Below, one piece after another: positions 13,641-26,200 of a DNA stretch of 64,000 bases. The notes beneath the pieces are model-generated. The model did no database searches, was not told the DNA's origin, and saw only the letters and a program-made list of their open reading frames with translations. Numbering within the stretch: the stretch's first letter is position 1; every line of letters begins with the position of its first letter. Both the position numbers and the translations under genes were made by a program. Source of the stretch: Paraspadella gotoi (lineage: Eukaryota; Animalia; Chaetognatha); assembly GCA_051294375.1 (NCBI GenBank), contig CM119265.1, positions 1,174,242 to 1,238,241 on the forward strand. The letters are read 5' to 3'.

Positions 13641-15939
13641 NNNNNNNNNNNNNNNNNNNNNNNNNNNNNNNNNNNNNNNNNNNNNNNNNNNNNNNNNNNN
13701 NNNNNNNNNNNNNNNNNNNNNNNNNNNNNNNNNNNNNNNNNNNNNNNNNNNNNNNNNNNNNNNNNNNNNNNNNNNNNNNNNNNNNNNNNNNNNNNNNNNN
13801 NNNNNNNNNNNNNNNNNNNNNNNNNNNNNNNNNNNNNNNNNNNNNNNNNNNNNNNNNNNNNNNNNNNNNNNNNNNNNNNNNNNNNNNNNNNNNNNNNNNN
13901 NNNNNNNNNNNNNNNNNNNNNNNNNNNNNNNNNNNNNNNNNNNNNNNNNNNNNNNNNNNNNNNNNNNNNNNNNNNNNNNNNNNNNGGAATAAATTAACGA
14001 AAAAAAATTAAATTGAATGAAGACAAACGAAATAAAAAGATGAGCTGAGAATTCCAGTTAAGAGGAGGAAGAGGAGGAGGAGGAGGAAGAGGAGGAGGAA
14101 GGAGAGGAGGAAGAGGAGGAGGTGTAGAACATATTTGTGTGGGAGGAGGGCCACTCGTGTGAAAGGGTCAATACTCTAAAAACGGACGGGGGGGAAATAG
14201 GAATAGGAGGAGGAGGAGGAAGAGAAGGAGGAGGAGGAAGAAGAGGAGGAAGAAGAGGAGGAGAAGGTGCGCGAAGGGTCAAAATAGTTAACGTCATTTG
14301 AGGAAATAAAAAATAAATCTGGAGAAGCTATTTTTTTTCTTTTTTAATTTCTTGCTGACTATTTTTTTAGATATTGAAATTATAGACGTTGAAATTACTG
14401 ACAAAAATCTCTGCTGACAACGAAAATGAATAATAATTTTAAAAATGAATTAAAAACTATGAATCAATTTTTTCTCCAATTCTAAAAAGTAATTCTAAAA
14501 ATGGTAAAAAAAAATCGTAAAAACAGAAAATACTACAAAAATGTTTTTAATAATATATTTCTTATTTTCAATCAAGAATCTTAGAGATGAAGACGACGAC
14601 GACATAAACGTTTACTAAGACTGACGACGACGANNNNNNNNNNGACGACGACGACATCTGTGAGTATTTTCTTGGAGGCAAAACATTGAAGAAGAAACAA
14701 AAAATTGTGGGCGGAGAAAATTAGACTTTTTTTATCTTTCTTTTCTTTCTTTCTTCTCTTTTTTCTTTTATTTTAGATTCTCTTTTTCTTCTCTTTCTTT
14801 TCTTTTTTCTTTTCTTTTTAGATTCTCTCTTTCTTCTCTTTCTTTTTCTTTTCTTTTTAGTTTCTCTCTCACTTCTCTTTTTTTCTCTTTTTCTTTTCGT
14901 TTTAGATTATCTTTTTCTTCTCTTTTTTTCTTTCTTTTTATTTTTANNNNNNNNNNNNNNNNNNNNNNNNNNNNNNNNNNNNNNNNNNNNNNNNNNNNNN
15001 NNNNNNNNNNNNNNNNNNNNNNNNNNNNNNNNNNNNNNNNNNNNNNNNNNNNNNNNNNNNNNNNNNNNNNNNNNNNNNNNNNNNNNNNNNNNNNNNNNNN
15101 NNNNNNNNNNNNNNNNNNNNNNNNNNNNNNNNNNNNNNNNNNNNNNNNNNNNNNNNNNNNNNNNNNNNNNNNNNNNNNNNNNNNNNNNNNNNNNNNNNNN
15201 NNNNNNNNNNNNNNNNNNNNNNNNNNNNNNNNNNNNNNNNNNNNNNNNNNNNNNNNNNNNNNNNNNNNNNNNNNNNNNNNNNNNNNNNNNNNNNNNNNNN
15301 NNNNNNNNNNNNNNNNNNNNNNNNNNNNNNNNNNNNNNNNNNNNNNNNNNNNNNNNNNNNNNNNNNNNNNNNNNNNNNNNNNNNNNNNNNNNNNNNNNNN
15401 NNNNNNNNNNNNNNNNNNNNNNNNNNNNNNNNNNNNNNNNNNNNNNNNNNNNNNNNNNNNNNNNNNNNNNNNNNNNNNNNNNNNNNNNNNNNNNNNNNNN
15501 NNNNNNNNNNNNNNNNNNNNNNNNNNNNNNNNNNNNNNNNNNNNNNNNNNNNNNNNNNNNNNNNNNNNNNNNNNNNNNNNNNNNNNNNNNNNNNNNNNNN
15601 NNNNNNNNNNNNNNNNNNNNNNNNNNNNNNNNNNNNNNNNAGAGAGAGAGAGAGAGAGAGACTATGTTGATAAGCTTCTTCCTTTCTCAATTTCCTTTTT
15701 CAAATCGACGTCTCAGTTTTCTTTACTCCAGTGACTAGTATTTTTAATACTTCTTTCAGAGAGAGAGAAAGAGAGAGAGAGAGAGAGCAAAAGATATTAT
15801 GTAAAATAAACTAAATTTAACAAACATTTTTGCTTTCTCCCCTAACTGAATCGATTTGTTATTCATTAATTATTAATCCGCTTTTAGAATTTTTCATTAG
15901 AATAAACAATTTTCAACTTCAACGGCAAATAATTTATTT

Positions 15940-15988
<49 letters not shown>

Positions 15989-16549
15989 CCTCGCTTAACG
16001 ATTCCGCTGGATATCGATTAATCTCATTTGCATATTCGCGTCTCACCGAGAATCCGCGTTATTAACCCCGGAAGCGAAACCAACTGACTCGACTACTCGA
16101 TTTGAATTTATGGCATCAGCCTCTAGCGGAAAAAGAGGAAATTAAAAGTTGTTCATTTTTTATTTTCTTGTTTTATAACTGTATTTATTTTTTTCTTGTT
16201 TTTTTACCAATTTTTAAAGTTTCTCTTTATCGTATTTATAAGTTTTAAATGTTAGTGTCTTTTGTTTCTGTTAAATTTAATAAGGTAATATTATTGTATC
16301 ACTGTGCATTGTCACTGTCATCGTGGTTTTTTTAAATAAAAAAAAATAATTTAGTCAATAGTGTTTTTGGTATTAATATAAAAAAAATATCTACTTCATC
16401 TACTTTTCATTTTGGTTCCCTTAAGATTTGATTATTTTATTGAATTATTGTCATTGGCAATGTCTTCATAAAAAAAAAATATTTATACTCGTCTTAATTT
16501 ATCCTAAACTACCTGTTTTATTTTAAAATCGGAATTATTAAGTATAAAA

Positions 16550-16750
16550 ATTATGGTAGGATTATGTTGGTTGAGGATTAGAGTTAAGCATTAGAGTTAA
16601 GGATTAGGATTAGGGACATAAGTCTAGGATTAGGGGGTTGAGGATTATGTTAAGCTCAATTTATTAATGTTAGGTTATAAGTTTGGTAAGAGAATATAAT
16701 TAAATATTAAGGAAAATATTTAGAATTAAAAATCAGAAATGGGACACTTT
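16550..16750 (-). mobile_element. Partial copy of the 401-715 foldback family with a TTAGG-rich core
   Basis: Reverse complement reads aaaagtgtcccatttctg followed by an AT-rich spacer and cctaa repeats, as at 401 and 46812. Confidence 0.4.
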
Positions 16751-17443
16751 TTAACATTTTAGAAAATTAAAAAAAAAATTATTGGCGCAGATTCTAATTT
16801 TGTTGGTATTTTTACTCAGTTAATTATTACGACCATCTATGTATAATATACATACCTACATTGTATATATTACGACGGAATCTATGTAGGGGAATAAGTA
16901 CAACAAAATTTCACAATTTTTGTTGCTTTTATACTATAATAAATATAGTAATAATTATAGTATAATTATAGTATATAATTATAATAATAGTTATACTATA
17001 ATTAAAGAGAAAACAAAAAGAGTCGGAACATGTTAATTTTTTTCCCCCCAAATAAAAAATAAATCGTTGTTTGTTGTCAAAACATTGTTTTCTATTCAAA
17101 TATTATTTGAAAAAAAAAATTAAAAAAAAACATGGTTATTTCAATTCAAGCTTTTTATATTTTATTTTTTTAACAGGAAACAAACGACATCATAAACATC
17201 GAACAAACAAACAAACAAACAAACAAACAAACAAACAAAAACCAAACAAATCCACGTCACAAATTCAAAATCTAAAAAAAAACTAAAAAGAAAATTCAAT
17301 CAAAATTTAATATGTTAAATAAAAGAAAATATTTGTAAACAAACAATAATCAGGAAATGAAACGAAATTTTTGTTTCTCATCGAAACCAAAACAAAAATA
17401 AACAACTGACAAAACAAACAAAACAACAACAACAATAAGAAAA

Positions 17444-18135
17444 ATGAACAACTTGGCTGCGATTTTATTCTTTTTTCTTCAAATCGTCAAAAGTCAACAA
17501 GATTTCCCACATTTGACCTTCGATCGGGCGACGCCCGACAGGCCAAGACCCGACAGGCCAAGACCCGACAGGCCAAGACCCGATAGGCCCAACCCTGACA
17601 GGCCAATACTTGACAGGACAATTGTCGAAAGAGTGACGGCTGACAAAACCAACAACGTCAGGCCAACTGCTGTCGGGGCAACAAACATCGAGAGGCCAAG
17701 CCTCGACAGGTCAAACTTTAACAGGCCAAGCCTGGTCGACCCAAGACTCGGCAGCCCAAGTCCCGAGAGGCCAAATCTGAAGAGGCCAAACCTCGATAGG
17801 CCAAACGTTAATAGGCCAGAGACCGACCAGATAACTTTCGGTAGGAGAACTTTTACCGACGATAATCTCGCTCCAGCTATCCACCATCCGCTACCCTCTT
17901 TTTCGCTACCCTCTTCTTCGCTACCCTCTTCATCGCTCCACTCTGGCTCCACTTCCTCCTTTCGTCATCGCTCCTCTACCCTCTCCCCTCACGTCAGCTC
18001 CTCTTCCTCCGATCTTACTCGCTCCTATTCCCTCCGCTCCTCTACATTCGCTTACCCATCGCGAACTTACCCCGAATCGAATAGACTCGTCGTGGGTGAG
18101 GAAGAATCTTTGTTTGACCACGAAGTTGATTTGAG

Positions 18136-18185
<50 letters not shown>

Positions 18186-18251
18186 CTGCTTCCTCGACAA
18201 ACGACGTCTCAGTGGAATTTTTATCTTCGCTTTTTGCCCAAAACGAGAATT

Positions 18252-18282
<31 letters not shown>

Positions 18283-18428
18283 ATTCTCTGCGACCTCTTG
18301 CGGATTAAACGGGAAAGACTTTGTCATTAACGACGATAACAAAAGGGACGACGATGACGACGACGAAGAAGAAAAAGAAGAAAGCGAAGTTAGCGAAGAT
18401 AGAAAATCGCCAAAGATTTTAACGAAAG
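17444..18428 (+). CDS. First coding exon of a secreted protein: signal peptide, RPxx pentapeptide repeats, Ser-rich and acidic regions
   Basis: Clean 328-codon reading frame starting at aaaATG. MNNLAAILFFFLQIVKS/QQD is signal-peptide-like. The exon ends AAAG|gtgatt (phase 1), followed by (GATT)n. An upstream acceptor ttttaacag at 17176 suggests a spliced 5' UTR. Confidence 0.8.
17521..17850 (+). repeat. Coding 15-bp degenerate tandem repeat encoding about 22 pentapeptides (DRPRP, DRPNP, ERPSL, KRPNL)
   Basis: cccgacaggccaaga units are visible directly. Variation between units keeps the frame. Confidence 0.85.
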
Positions 18429-18429
18429 G

Positions 18430-18477
<48 letters not shown>

Positions 18478-18609
18478 ATAATTGAACGTTATTTTTCCTG
18501 ATTGATGGATTGATTTGATTATTACCTGATTTATGTTTTGAATAAATGAAAACTTGATTGACTGACTGATTTAATAATTTTTTTATCTTCATGAATGATT
18601 ACTTGATAA

Positions 18610-18640
<31 letters not shown>

Positions 18641-18791
18641 TATTTATTGATTGAATAATCGCTTCCTTGACGGATTTATTTATTGATGGAATGAATGCTT
18701 GATAGATTGATTGATTGTTCGGTATACTGATTGATCGATAGAGTGACTGACTGATTGTTTGGTTAATTTATTCATTAATTTCTTTGTTCAG

Positions 18792-19025
18792 ATGTGGTCT
18801 TTTCCCCAATATCCAACGACGACGACGACAACAACATTAAGAACAACAACATTAACAACAACAACAACAACGACAACAACGACAACAACAACCCCCTTTC
18901 CCGCCATCCACGTTCCGTCTTCTCCGATGGACGACGCAAGATGGCAGCAATGATCAGATGGAAGAGAAGATTGCAAAAGAAATTGGATCGAAAGACGAAA
19001 TTCTACGACAGCGCGTGGAGACACG
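18792..19025 (+). CDS. Second coding exon of the secreted protein (DVVFSPISNDDDD...RHPRSVFSDGRRKMAAMIRWKRRLQKKLDRKTKFYDSAWRH)
   Basis: Acceptor ttgttcag at 18791. The phase-1 join G+AT keeps the frame open. It ends at candidate donor CACG|gtaggt, or reads through to GR-stop at 19033. Confidence 0.7.
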
Positions 19026-19095
19026 GTAGGTGACACTTTGCTACTCGGCTTTTGACACGGTAGGTGACACTTTGCTACACGGCTTTTGACACGGT
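19021..19095 (+). repeat. 34-bp tandem repeat (about 2.2 copies) containing the exon end and donor site
   Basis: acacggtaggtgacactttgctac(t/a)cggcttttg twice, then acacggt. Confidence 0.9.
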
Positions 19096-19144
19096 CAAGG
19101 TTATGAATAGCAATATATCAATTATACGTTCATTCAATGAACTA

Positions 19145-19255
19145 GATTTCTTGCCCCTGACTTTGGTCAAGCTTTGATTGTTTAAGGCCTACCATGACTT
19201 TTACAAGATAATGACATAGCAGGTCCCTGCAAGCTTTCATTCAAGACTCTTACAA
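19145..19255. repeat. Dispersed repeat copy related to the 39115-39431 element
   Basis: tgtttaagg...ttacaagataatgacatagcaggtccctgcaagctttcattcaagact matches ~39149-39232. Confidence 0.6.
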
Positions 19256-20795
19256 AGTCTTTTTTAGTATCTGTTCTATCACTAACGTACTATATCATTT
19301 TTTTAACTGTTTTAATTTTTTTAAGTATTTTATAATAGAGAATTTGATTCTGGTGGCTTGATTCTCCTGCGATGGTACTAAATGTACACCGCGCTCGTAT
19401 TAAAATTCAAGGACCAGACTTTTTATAATTTGCTACTACAAAGTTACAAACATAACCAACAATCTTTTTCCTGTCATCAATTCACGGTTTAGCTAATAGA
19501 TTCTTTAAGATTTCTTAAATTTTATTAACTAAAATCGTTTAAATCGATAAAATAAAAATAGAGTCATGTTTCTATTTTGATTAGAATCAATTAAAGCTAG
19601 CGAATAATACTAATACACTAGTGCAGCAAAAAGGCGAATCATTAATTCCTAAAAGCCCAACGAGAGGGCGCTAATTAAACAAAAGGCACGAACGAACAAA
19701 CATTTAAACAAAAAAAAAAACAATATTAAACAAAAAAGACAACCTTTCTCTCTCTCAATCTCATTCGTGATTAAATTTAATTAAATAATTATGAAAATTA
19801 GTTGGTTTGTTCTTTCTCTCGTTGGCGGGTTGAGCGTAGAGAGAAAAGCGGTAGACTCCTGGTCGAGTCAAGTTGAGAAAGAAGCCAACGTTGTGTCCCA
19901 TTTGCTGTTGATTGACCAGATGGTTGACCTGATAGAGACGACATGTGGAATCATTGCGATAACGAATTGTTTGAGTACAGTTAATTGATATGACGGTAAT
20001 ACTAATGTGATGAGCTGAATAGTAATTTATTGACTTTGTAAAGGAATTGATTTATTTGATTCGATGATAATCAATTATTGATGCGATTGATTAGTCATTC
20101 ACTGCTGTGATGATCTAGTCAATTCTTCATCCGGTGATGCGATGATTGTCATTCATGATGGCCGATGATGTCATTCATTGAGCGATGATAGTCAATAAAA
20201 CAAACCAAATGCTGTGTATGAGATGAGAGAGAGAGAGACGAGAGAGAGAGAGGAGACGAGAGGAGAGAGAGAGAGAAATGAGAGAGAGAAGAAAGAAAGA
20301 GAGAGAGAGAGAAGAAAGAGAGGAGAGAGAGAAGAAAGAAAGAGAAAATAAATCACGAAATCTCGGATTTGCAAAATATGGGATTTTGTTTATTGCAAAA
20401 AAAGCGCGGAATAAATGGCAATAAATAAAAAGTTTTTAGAAGGAAAAAAAATAATTCAAATTTTTCCAAAAACAACGACACGCAAAAGATCGGACAGATG
20501 GGACCAGACCACAACACAGAGAGACAGAGAGACAGAGAGAGAGACGAGAAAAAGAGAGAGAGAGAGAGACAGCCGCTGCAGAGAAAAAGAGAAAGAGAAA
20601 GAGCGATATAACATAATAAGAGAGAGAGAGAGAGAAGCTCTACAGCCCCTTACGTCGTTAAAAGAATCAGCAGTACTTAAGGCGCCGGATGTAGCGTGGC
20701 TATTCTCTACCCAAAGGACCCGGTTCGCGGCCCTGTTCGCGCATCGTTTTTTACATTAGTGAAAACCCACATGTATATCTAAAAAATTTTTGTTT

Positions 20796-20844
<49 letters not shown>

Positions 20845-21919
20845 AGGCTGGACAGGGACGCTGCAGAGCCGGAACTCGTTTTTAGAAGAAGCAGTGACGG
20901 AGAAAAAAGAGAGAGAGGAGAGAGCGACATATAATTAAAACGTTTTTTGTTTTGTAAATAAAACATAAAACAAATACAATATTGATATGAAACATGAGCG
21001 GAATTTTAAAAGATCTTGATGATTTAGAAGCCATATTATGAAAAATTTCAACTTCCCTTATGATATCACACTTCAGAAGCCATGATTTGCAAAAGCGTAG
21101 ACCGAAAAGCTAAACCGAAAAAAAAATCTAGACAGGACGGGCTTATTTGGCCCGCTTGGCTCGATAATAGAGGATATTTGGTTTGTTTTGATAAAATGTA
21201 AACCAAAACATTTAATAACTGTCCTGACTCAATTTTTAAGGACATCGATGATGAACAAGACTGGAATATAAATTATAATTAATCTATTCAATTTAATTTA
21301 ATTAATTAATTAATCTATTAATTAAATTATTTAATCTATAATTAATTAATAAATTAATCATTAATTAATTAATTATCGTAGGGCAGATCCGACAATTGTT
21401 TGGCTCAAACTTGTTTTTTTATTTTTTTTCTTTATTTTTTTATTTTCCCTTTTTAAAAATTGTCAATCCACACATTGAATGAAATATATGTAAGTATATT
21501 TTACGCAAAATAATTCTGTCGTTTAGTTTAAAACTTTAACGTTAAAACTAATGGGATGAAGTTAATTAAAAAGATTTTAAACTTTTTAAAATTATTATTA
21601 AGACTTTGGACTATTATGTATAATGTTATTTATTTTTAATTTATTCACGTTGGAAAATAGATAAGAATTTTGAAAAAAAATAATTTTATCAAACAACATG
21701 TTCATTTTTCAAAATTGGGTTTGCTTCTCATTAAATCAGTACTTTATGATATTGTGCCCCTTAAAACATTTGCCCTTAAACTTTTCTGACCGAAAAAACC
21801 CTGATTCCCTTAAGACTTTTTTCTTTTTTCTTTTTTTTTTTTCTTTTTTTTAAGCCACAAACTTTTTCTTTCACGTTTCGACTTTTTGACCTTAGCCCGC
21901 ATCAATCAACAGCCCTCTA

Positions 21920-22150
21920 TGGTGAAATAAACAGCCACTTCATCACCGGTGAAATAAACAGCACTCACTCACCAAAAATAAACCAGCACTTCCCAGTCAC
22001 CATGGAAAAACAGCCACTAACTCACCATGTAGTAAAAAGCCCAGTCACTCAAAATTAAATAAGCAGGCACTCACCACATTATGAAATAGACTGCCATTCA
22101 CTCGCAATAAAATTGAATAGCCACTCACCATGAAATAAACACCACTCACC
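21920..22150. repeat. 22-26 bp minisatellite (mirror of 40722-40960)
   Basis: Repeated aaataaacagccactcacc(a). Confidence 0.8.
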
Positions 22151-23240
22151 ATTGAAAAGGACAGCAATCGCCAAGGACAAAAAAACTAACTTCAGCACGA
22201 AATTCGCCAAAACAAAAGATAAAGGAATTTAGTAAAAGAAGAGAGAATAAAATTTTAACGAATATAAAAATAAAAAACAAGGAACGATGATTCCAATGTG
22301 TTGCCGCCGCAGCGTCTTTATTTTTCACGTATATTTCCCTTTGATCACATTGATATGACCATGACATGAACATGACTAAAAAACTTTCTTCGCCCGTTAT
22401 ATATTCTTTATAGTTTAGGAATTCTCTGAAGCCGGCCGCTTTTAGGCAGTTTTTTTAGATTTGAGGTCTTTTCTGTCCTTTAAACAAAGAGGCAACCAAC
22501 GAAAGTCAAATTATATGCATTTTTAAACATAAGTGGGGACATACCGACGGACCGACGGACCGGACAGACCACGACCGAAAAGTGACTTATAGAGTTGCTC
22601 CGCGAGTACTCGCGGCACTAATTTAAAAAGAATAACATACAAATATAGTAATGCTGAGTTAAATATAATTGCCAATTCTATTAGTAAATGTCCCGTTATG
22701 TTGACAAAAAGATTCTACAACGTTAATTATTTTGTAAAAAAAGGCTTGTTACCCCATTAACCTGTTTTCAACCAAAGGAGGCGAAAATAGTTTATTATTA
22801 TTTGTTATTTATATATTAGTTTCACCATGAAAATTTAAGATTTTGTCAATATTTTAATCATCAACCAAAGTCCTGATATTTCTGCATCCATCATCATTTC
22901 ATCTCTCTCTCTCCTCTCTCTTCTCTCTCTCTCTCTCTCCTTCTCTCGTCTCCTCTCTTCATATCTTTTACACGATTCGACCCCCTACAAGAAAAAAACG
23001 AATTAAAAGCAACCGAGGTCACCGGTCAAACTAAAGGACGACGACGGACCGATTGACGCGAAAACGATGACCGACAACGACAACAAACGACGACCGGACG
23101 TCGAACAACGACGAGCGGACAACCACTATTGACGTCTGGAGGTCGAATCAATCTCGTTTTAACGACTCGAGAATCGCGGTCCACTTTAGAGTGGATTCAT
23201 TCCTCACTATCTCTTCTCTATCTTCTCTCTCTCTCTCTCT

Positions 23241-23295
<55 letters not shown>

Positions 23296-26200
23296 CTTTC
23301 GCAGTTTCAATCAAACTCATTGTCTTTCAAACAAACGCTTTCCTGATTTATATTTGCTTCTCTCCTCTTTTAATCGAATAAAAGCGTTTGATATGTATGA
23401 ATACATTAATTAACATATCTCGCCTTCTTCAGGGTTTATGTTATGTTATGTCGATGTTATGTCTAGTTTGACCCCGCCTTATCCATCTACAAGATAATTT
23501 ACATAGCCAGGACCAAGCGAGCAGGACCTTACCTTACAAAGCGGTCCCTTACCAAGCTTTCAACTCAAGACTAATGATTAACTACTAAAAGCACCAGGCT
23601 TATAGCTTTATAGTTACTTCACTTGATTATGGTAGCTGGGGCAATCGAGGGGGAGGTATATACGAGACTGTGATTAAAGTATTGCATTAAAAAAGTCTTG
23701 ATTAAAAACTCTCAGGGTCCTGCTAGTTATTATCTTGCTATGTTTATTATCTTGTAAGTGTGATGGAGACCTTTAAAACAGCCAAAGGCTTCCAAAAGAG
23801 AGCGGCAAGATTCGCTGAAAGTTATTAAGCTTAATTAAGTAAAACACATATGATCTACATTTTATGGTTTATAAAATCTATAATCTAATATAATATAGAA
23901 ACCTTTCTTGAGATTCAACCATATTTTGACTTATCTCATAACATATTTCTTTTTTCTGACACAAAATACATCGACCCTCGAACGTTACGTTCGGGTCATT
24001 TAAAATTAAATCTTTCCCCAATGTGTTTCGGTTTCCAACGTCTTCACATGGGAATCACTCAAGAGTCCCAAGATTCTACGTGAGAAAAAGTGGACAGGTT
24101 TTTCCTTTCCTGACCTTTTATGATGACCGCCACTAACTTTCAGTTCGACTCGTCTTTTACTGTACTGTTTACTGTTCGTATTTAATGTTGATTTTCCAAT
24201 ATTTATAATATCTATATTATTTATTAATTTATTTATTTCTTCATTTATTTATCATAATTTCTTTATTTTCTTTATTTTGACTGACTCCTTATTTTAATTT
24301 TTATCTTGGCTCATCTTTAACCCTAACCTCTCTCATTTATTCTTGACTTGACACTTCTAATCTTCGACCGCCGCTCGTTTGTTTAATCCTGACCCCTTTA
24401 ATCTCCTTTAAATATTTTTAATTAATTCTTATTTTCATGGCTTTCTAATTTCTTTTTCATTTCCATTCTGTTAATTTATTAATTTTTCAGTTATTATTTT
24501 TTAATCTTTTTTAAAATTATTTTCTTTTTCCTTTTCTTCTCAATATTTTACATTTCACTTCCCTTCTTCTTTCTTTCATTTATTTCTTTAAGATCAGTCA
24601 GTCAGTCTTCCTTTTCCAAATTGTAATCAACCTGACTATCGCTTCTACCCAACTTTTCTTTATCTTCTTTTCAGTTTCAGTTATCTTCTTTTTGTTACTT
24701 TTCTTCACCTCTTTTTCTTCCCTTTCTCTTTTTCTCTCCCTTCTCCCTCTCCCCTCTCTCTCTCCCTCTCCCCTCTCTTCTCTCCCTCCCCCTATCCTCT
24801 CTCCCTCTCCCCTCTCCCTTCTCCCTCTCCCCTTTTTCTCTCCCTCTCCCCTCCTCCCCTCTCCCCTTTTCTTATTCTCTCCCTCTTCCCTCTCTTCTCT
24901 CCCTCTTCCCTCTTCCCTCCCACCTTCCCTTCCCTTTTTCGGATTTTCTCGACCCAAGATTCACGAATACGATTTTCTTTTCTTTTGAATCCGGAAAAAC
25001 GTGGGACGAAACCAGAGACAACAACAAACAACAACAACAAATAACAAAAACAAACACGATATTAGCGACAGCATCGGACTACACCAATATTATTTAGGAT
25101 GAAGGGAGAGAGAGAGGAGAGACGAAAGAGAGAAGAGGAGAGAGACGAGAGAGAGAGAGAGAGGATCTCCTTTAACTGATTACAACCGAGGATAACAACA
25201 AGGCCAAATGTATAAATTATAAAAATTGACATTCGAGAAATAATTTCGGTTGTGTCCTCAAAGTCAAGTCAAGTCGAGGTCTTTCCCAAATCAAATTCGT
25301 TTAAAAGATTACAGATACATTAAAAGAAAAAGTTTGAGATGCTTATCATTGTCAGTTTTAAATCAGAACAACAATTCCTACTTTTTCTGAAAGAAAAAAA
25401 AAATAAAAGAATAATTTAAAATGTTCTCATAAACTTCAACACAAATAAAAATTTGCAAAAAACCTCCCGGGACAGACTTGTTGGTTTCATCATCCATCAT
25501 CATCATCATCATCATCATCAAATAAAATCATTCATCGTCATCATTCATCTAATCATCACCCAAGGTGAGATTTTCAAGGTTGACCAGGTTCTCAACTTTC
25601 CCTCGCGACTTCAGATGGTCGCTGGAGGGAAAATCGAATTGCAAGTTTGCATCCACGCGACGTTTTGGATTTTTTCGCCAAAACTGTTGCAGTGTTTGAT
25701 TTTGCAAGACGAAGTTGTTCGAAATTTTATTTTTTAATTATGGTTTTAATTTCATAAAATGTATTTATTTATTAATGTATTTATTTTTAATGTAATATTT
25801 TTTAAAATTTATTTATTTATTTATTTATATATTTATCTATTTATTTATTATTATTTATTTATTTACTTTAATTAATTCGTTTATTTATTTATTTATAATG
25901 TTTTTATTTCTTTATTTATTTATTTATTTCTTTTATTCAAGATCCCAATTCAGGAAATCGAAGTGAAAAGATTTCAATTTCGAATTTTTGTTTTTGGGGC
26001 AAAAGATTTATATACATAATTTTTGACTGACCTCATTGTGGCTTCTTTTTTCTCTCTCTCTCCTCTCTCTTCTTTCTTCTTCTCGGTCTCCAGTTTAAGA
26101 TTTCTTGTTTTCTTTTTTAACTGTTTTCTTTTGTTGAAACTAAAAAACAAACAGTGAACTCATTGTTTTGTCAAAAAAAGCGAAATAAACTTTTAGAATT

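Noticed and set aside
17494-17952. 152-aa minus-strand ORF with GLSGL repeats
   Set aside because: Antisense shadow of the pentapeptide repeat exon.
18940-19010. Resemblance of AM..RLQ..KKLD..FYD to hillarin exon 46577 plus the 44914 segment
   Set aside because: The 46.6 kb exon is explained by hillarin, the match needs gaps and an unproven exon, and it is probably coincidental.
19791-19988. Possible third exon of the secreted-protein gene
   Set aside because: Weak acceptor, noisy-looking sequence and no recognisable motif.
20680-20745. tRNA/SINE-like GC-rich segment (ggacccggttcgcg)
   Set aside because: No convincing A-box, cloverleaf or tail.
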